A stretch of DNA of 64,000 bases from Armatimonadota bacterium (GTDB lineage: Bacteria; Armatimonadota; SYMT01), in NCBI GenBank assembly GCA_041690135.1, contig JAWLHY010000005.1:211161-275160 (forward strand), read 5' to 3'. Numbering within the stretch: position 1 is the first letter of the stretch; the number at the start of each line of letters is the position of its first letter. A program made the translations under genes and the position numbers. Under the pieces are notes generated by a model, which was not told the DNA's origin, did no database searches, and saw only the letters and a program-made list of their open reading frames with translations. Below are positions 59,252-64,000 of this stretch, one piece after another.

Positions 59252-60415
59252 ATGAGATTTGCGAGTGCCGTATCCGGAGCGCCGGACCCGGAAGCGATGA
59301 CCCAGGAATTACTGGATGGTGTCCGGGACGTATTACCCGGCTCGTGCCATCTAGCCGCGTTGTTTTTCACGGGACCTTTGTCGGAAGCCGCGCCGGAAAT
59401 GGCGGACCGCCTGCGGGAGGGGTTGGGTGCGGAAACATTCCTGGGCGTGAGCTGCGAGAGCATTATCGGTCGCGATCAGGAGATCGAGATGCGCCCCGCC
59501 GCCTCCCTGCTCGTGGGCCACCTCCCGGACGTGCGACTGCGGCCCTTTCACATCGGGCACGACGAATGGCCCGCACTCCTCAGCGAGGATGAACTCCTCC
59601 AGCAGCGGGTCGGCAGCGGTGAAGACCACCGGGGCCAGTTGGTGATCGGGGACCCCTTTTCTACCCCGATCGACGAGCTTCTGGGAACTCTGGACCGGAC
59701 CCTCCGGACCCCCACCTTCGGGGGAATGGCCAGCGCGGCACGACAGCCGGGTGGGAATGTGTTGATTCTGAACGATCAGACGTATACCTCGGGATGCATT
59801 GGGGTGGGGTTCGGCGGTAATGTCCGCATCGACACCGTGGTGTCGCAGGGATGTCGCCCGATCGGCGAGCCGATGGTCGTCACGCGGTCGGAGCAGAATG
59901 TCATCTTCGAGCTGGGACGACGCCCGGCTCTCGAAGCGGCCCAGGCGATGCTCCAGCGGCTTAGCGACAGCGAAAAGCAGATGCTGCGGGGCGGACTGCT
60001 ACTCGGCGTGGTGATCAATGAATACCAGGACCGGTTCGGCCGGGGAGACTTCCTGGTGCGCTCGTTGATGGGAGCCGACCCGGAAAGCGGTGCGCTCGTG
60101 GTGGGCGATATGGTTCGCGCGGGGCAAACAGTCCAGTTCCACGTCCGGGACGCCGACACGGCCCACGAGGATCTGGAGGCCCTCCTGGAACCGCAGGCCT
60201 CTCTTTCCGCTCCGGCGGGAGCCTTGATGTTCTCCTGCAACGGTCGGGGCTCACGGATGTTCGCGGTTCCGAACCACGATGCCGCCGTGACCCTGGGGGT
60301 GCTGCCGGACTTACCGCTGGCGGGCTTCTTCGCGATGGGCGAACTGGGCCCCGTGGGGGGCCGCAGCTTCATCCACGGCCACACCGCCAGTATCGCGCTT
60401 TTCCGCTCCGCCTGA
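59252..60415 (+). CDS. FIST signal-transduction domain protein
   Basis: GGMAS, VSQGCRPIG, FSCNGRG, GFFAMGELGPVGG. Confidence 0.9.
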   Translation: MRFASAVSGAPDPEAMTQELLDGVRDVLPGSCHLAALFFTGPLSEAAPEMADRLREGLGAETFLGVSCESIIGRDQEIEMRPAASLLVGHLPDVRLRPFHIGHDEWPALLSEDELLQQRVGSGEDHRGQLVIGDPFSTPIDELLGTLDRTLRTPTFGGMASAARQPGGNVLILNDQTYTSGCIGVGFGGNVRIDTVVSQGCRPIGEPMVVTRSEQNVIFELGRRPALEAAQAMLQRLSDSEKQMLRGGLLLGVVINEYQDRFGRGDFLVRSLMGADPESGALVVGDMVRAGQTVQFHVRDADTAHEDLEALLEPQASLSAPAGALMFSCNGRGSRMFAVPNHDAAVTLGVLPDLPLAGFFAMGELGPVGGRSFIHGHTASIALFRSA

Positions 60416-62011
60416 TCAACGCTTCTTGGGGGGGAGAGGCCAGCCGAACGGCTGGAGTGTGGGTCCAATCGCTACGGCATGGGCGTCGCCATCTTCATGC
60501 ACGTTGTGGCTGAAGTGCGCGGCGTACCAGACCACCAGGTCGCGGTTGTTGATGGGCGCGTTGTTGAGGTAGCCCCAGATGCCCTGCTCGGTATTGTATG
60601 TCACGTCGCAGTGGCGGTCATCGATCTGGTTGCGATTGTAGAGCAGCGCGAACTGGTCGTCACCGGAATAGTCGTCCCCTACCCCATCTTCCGCACCGGG
60701 AATGATCTCGTAACCGGTCGTCCGCTTCTTCCAGTTCCGCACGCGCCAGCGGCGTTCGATCTTCGGGTCCCGGAAGAAGCCGATCTCCCGCCGTTGCAGG
60801 ACCCAGTTCTCTCCCTGCAGTTCCTCCAGGCCCATCCGGTTGTTCAGGATGCGGAAGTGGAAGCGCCAGTAGGCGTGGTGGTTGTGGCTTTCGCACACAC
60901 AGGAATCGGCCACCGCCCCGAACTTGAAGCGCGGCTGGATGCGACCGTCCGGGTAGAAGCGCCACTCGGGAATGTACCGGTACCAGCCCGCCGAACAGAC
61001 GCTTACCAGCACCAGGGCGCCGTCCGTATCCTCGTAAACGGCCACCCCCTGGAAGTTGCCCCCGTCCACGCCCGTTTCGGAGATGGTGAGGGCTGGCTGG
61101 CTGCACCAGCGGAAGCCGGGTGCCCCGGGGATGTTCTCGCCGATCGCTTCGAAGCATGTCTCCTCGTAGAGCCAGTCTCGGTAGGGACCGCATCTTTGGG
61201 AAGTGGGGTACTGCACATTCAGGATCGGCACGTGGGCCTGCTTGAGGACAGGCCGGCCCAGGTACTTGACGTCCCGCAACTCGACCCCGGAGCCGTTGCA
61301 GCCCGTGCTGGCGGTCGGTCGGATGGCCTGGAAGCGCCAGACAGGATTGTCCGCCGGCCACTCGATGATTACGCTGCCGGGCGTCCCTCGCGGCGCGCTG
61401 AAGCAAAGCTCGTCGGGCACCCCGCAAATCTGCTCCGTTGCCGCGGCGCGCCAGGGGCGATCGCCGGAGGAGGACACCTCGCCGGTGACCATGTTGACCG
61501 GGATGATCCGGTTGAACTTGCGCGGCTGGGAGATGAGGCCGACGAAGAGGGTGCGGTCGACCACTTCCCCGAGATCCGGCTCGCGGACCGGCGGCATGGG
61601 ACGATAGACCCGAACCTGGCCAGCCGCCAGCATGGGTCCCCACACGGGATGCCGGCGCACGAGCTCGGCGGCGGCGGCGAACTCCTGGGGGGAGGGGACC
61701 GGCTGCTCGGTGGTGACGCGAATATCGACGGGCCCCCTCCCCGAAGCGGCGCCGCGGACGCGCACGGTGCGGTTGCGGGTGTAATCGTAGTAGATGGCCT
61801 CGCAGGCGCGGCAGACGTTGCGGTCCCCCACGTCGTCCATTTCGTCTTCGGACTGGACGCCGAGCAGGCGCCAGCGGGAGCCCTGGAGCGCCTTCTGGAC
61901 CTGGGGATGGCGGGCGGCGTTGGCGGTGAAGGCGGAGACGGAGGCGGTCGGGTGCGGAGAGCCCACCAGGAAGCGAGCGCCGCGTTCGAATACGAGTCCT
62001 TCTGTCGTCAC
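60416..62011 (-). CDS. Copper amine oxidase-like protein, paralog 1
   Basis: GVELRDVKY.GRPVL, AGWYRYIPEWRFYPDG.I, HNHHAYWR, DLVVWY..HF.H map onto the CAO catalytic-domain layout. Confidence 0.65.
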   Translation of the reverse strand: MTTEGLVFERGARFLVGSPHPTASVSAFTANAARHPQVQKALQGSRWRLLGVQSEDEMDDVGDRNVCRACEAIYYDYTRNRTVRVRGAASGRGPVDIRVTTEQPVPSPQEFAAAAELVRRHPVWGPMLAAGQVRVYRPMPPVREPDLGEVVDRTLFVGLISQPRKFNRIIPVNMVTGEVSSSGDRPWRAAATEQICGVPDELCFSAPRGTPGSVIIEWPADNPVWRFQAIRPTASTGCNGSGVELRDVKYLGRPVLKQAHVPILNVQYPTSQRCGPYRDWLYEETCFEAIGENIPGAPGFRWCSQPALTISETGVDGGNFQGVAVYEDTDGALVLVSVCSAGWYRYIPEWRFYPDGRIQPRFKFGAVADSCVCESHNHHAYWRFHFRILNNRMGLEELQGENWVLQRREIGFFRDPKIERRWRVRNWKKRTTGYEIIPGAEDGVGDDYSGDDQFALLYNRNQIDDRHCDVTYNTEQGIWGYLNNAPINNRDLVVWYAAHFSHNVHEDGDAHAVAIGPTLQPFGWPLPPKKR

Positions 62012-62126
62012 GCCGGGTATCCTTTCGTCTTTCGCCGCAGCCGGTGTCCGCTCCGGCCGTTGGAAGCGTTATGATTATACCGGCAGCCCGGCATAGAAGG
62101 AAACGTTAAGTAGGACCTCGTAAACG

Positions 62127-62336
62127 ATGCAGCGATACCGGATCACCAAGGCGACGGGAGACAGTGCGGAGCAGACCTGGGTGCTGCTCCCCGATGAAGC
62201 CAGCGCCACGATGCAGGCGCGAGAGCTTTCCCAGCGGGAAAAGACGCTGCACGTGCGTGTTTATCGCGAGGAAGTGGCGGTGCAGGGGGATGAGGAAGAG
62301 CGGGAACTGGTGCTGGACCTCCCGCCCAAAAAATAG
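62127..62336 (+). CDS. Small hypothetical protein
   Basis: 69-aa ORF with plausible codon usage and an AGGA upstream. Confidence 0.55.
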   Translation: MQRYRITKATGDSAEQTWVLLPDEASATMQARELSQREKTLHVRVYREEVAVQGDEEERELVLDLPPKK

Positions 62337-62661
62337 GCCAGTATGACGGCGAGCTTGGAGCGGCGGGTGAGACCTCGTTCGCACCTGGGGCCAGTCGCCC
62401 GTTGTGGTTCACGGTGGCTCGCTGTTGGGACCAGGGGAAGCGGAACCGCTCTGCATCGGGGGGTCCGGGAAGCAACACTCGCGAAGGCCCCCGCCCACAC
62501 CCGCACGTGGGTACCCGGCACCCGGCAGCGGGACTCTGGGCATGGCTCCCCAGGTTCGATGTTTTGACCTTTCCCGCCCTCAGGCCCGAGAGGGTTTTCA
62601 GTCGCCAACCCGTGCGTCACCTGTCCTACGGAGCCACACACCCCTACTCCCACACCTGGGT

Positions 62662-64000
62662 CTATCGCCGGGGCTTGCGGGTCGGCCAGCCGAATGGCTG
62701 GAGCGTGGGGCCGATCGCTACGGCGTGCGCGTCGCCGTCTTCCTCCACGCCGTGATGGAAGTGCGCGGCGTACCAGATCACCAGATCCCGGTTGGCAATC
62801 GGCGCATTATTGAGAAAGCCCCAGATCTGCTGTTCGACGTTCATGGCCACGTTGCAGCGACCGTCTTCAATCTGGTTGCGGTTGTAGAGGAGGGCGAACT
62901 GGTCGTCGCCGGAGAAGTCGTCCCCCACCCCGTCCCCTTCGCCGGGGATGATCTCATACCCCTGGTTCCGCTTCTTCCAGTTGCGCACGCGCCAACGGCG
63001 TTCGATCTTGGGGTCCCGGAAGAAGGCGGTTTCTCGCCGCTGAAGCACCCAGCGGTCGCCCTGCAGTTCTTCCAGGGCCATGTGCTTGTTCAGGATGCGG
63101 AAATGGAAGCGCCAGTAGGCGTGGTGGGTGTGCTCGTCGCACACGCAGGTGTTTTCCACGGCCCCGAACTTGAAGCGCGGTTGGATGCGACCGTCCGGGT
63201 AGAAGCGCCACTCGGGAATGTACCGGTACCAGCCGGCCTGGCAGACGCTCACCAGCACCAGGGCGCCGTCCGTATCCTCGTAAACGGCCACACCGAAGAA
63301 ATTGCCCCCGTCCACCCCCGTTTCGGAGATCGTGAGGGCCGGCTGGCTGCACCAGCGGAATCCGGGCGCTCCGGGGATGTCTTCGCCGACCGCCTCGAAG
63401 CACATCTCTTCCCACAGCCAGTCCCGGTAGGGGCCGCAGAAATCGGAGTTGGTATACTGGACGTTGAGGACCGGGACGTGCGCCTGCTTCAACACGTTGC
63501 GCCCCATGTAACGCACGTCTCGCAGCTCCACTCCCGAGCCCAGACAGCCGGAACTTGCCGTGGGCCGGATGGCCTGAAAACGCCACACCGGATTGTCCGC
63601 CGGCCACTCGATGACGACACTGCCGGGCGTGCCCTGTGGGGGCGTGAAGCAGAAGTTATCGGGAACGCCGCAAATCTGTGGGGTCGCCTGGGCGCGCCAG
63701 GGACGGATGCCCGTGGGAGACACCTCGCCGGTGATCATGTTGACGGACACGATCCGGTTGAACCGACGGGGCTTAGACATCAAGCCGACGAAGAGGGTGC
63801 GGTCGACCACTTCCCCGAGATCCGGCTCGCGGACCGGCGGCATCGGTTTGTAGAACCGGATCTCACCGGCGGCCACCATGGGTCCCCACACGGGGTGCTG
63901 CCGCACGAGCTCGGCGGCGGCGGCGAACTCCTGGGGGGAGGGGACCGGCTGCTCGGTGGTGACGCGAATATCGACGGGCCCCCTCCCCGAAGCGGCGCCG
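62662..64000 (-). CDS. Copper amine oxidase-like protein, paralog 2 (5' end beyond the window)
   Basis: Colinear and highly similar to 60416-62011; AGWYRY, HTHHAYWR. Confidence 0.7.
   Translation of the reverse strand, partial: GAASGRGPVDIRVTTEQPVPSPQEFAAAAELVRQHPVWGPMVAAGEIRFYKPMPPVREPDLGEVVDRTLFVGLMSKPRRFNRIVSVNMITGEVSPTGIRPWRAQATPQICGVPDNFCFTPPQGTPGSVVIEWPADNPVWRFQAIRPTASSGCLGSGVELRDVRYMGRNVLKQAHVPVLNVQYTNSDFCGPYRDWLWEEMCFEAVGEDIPGAPGFRWCSQPALTISETGVDGGNFFGVAVYEDTDGALVLVSVCQAGWYRYIPEWRFYPDGRIQPRFKFGAVENTCVCDEHTHHAYWRFHFRILNKHMALEELQGDRWVLQRRETAFFRDPKIERRWRVRNWKKRNQGYEIIPGEGDGVGDDFSGDDQFALLYNRNQIEDGRCNVAMNVEQQIWGFLNNAPIANRDLVIWYAAHFHHGVEEDGDAHAVAIGPTLQPFGWPTRKPRR

Overview
64 kb of a high-GC bacterial chromosome. 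The gene content (prepilin/H-X9-DG protein, hopanoid genes, DUF4058) suggests Armatimonadota or a similar lineage; that assignment is inference. Housekeeping content: a PDH E1a/E1b/E2 operon followed by a second, fused E1a-b dehydrogenase, mutL, dcd, a hopanoid operon (shc-hpnH-hpnA-ispH-hpnG), plsC, glutamine synthetases of type III and type I, clpS, cdsA, MFS transporters, HD-GYP and FIST signalling genes, and several secreted repeat proteins. No rRNA, tRNA or CRISPR array was seen. Top observations: (1) a secreted beta-barrel-like protein (38707-39834, minus) is split only by an in-frame UGA just after its signal peptide and carries a SECIS-like hairpin, making it a candidate selenoprotein. 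(2) A GxxExxY nuclease cassette sits inside the hopanoid operon, flanked by two covarying hairpin elements; similar 7/8/9-nt tandem-repeat arms recur across the window, also near a four-helix-bundle gene. (3) A 153-bp ISAs1-like MITE with a 10-bp target duplication and REP-like cargo disrupts that four-helix-bundle gene. (4) Two tandem copper-amine-oxidase-like paralogs have WYRY in place of the NYD/E TPQ motif. (5) A stand-alone KimA-type cytoplasmic domain lies behind a consensus promoter and a structured leader. All calls come from reading the sequence; no searches were run.
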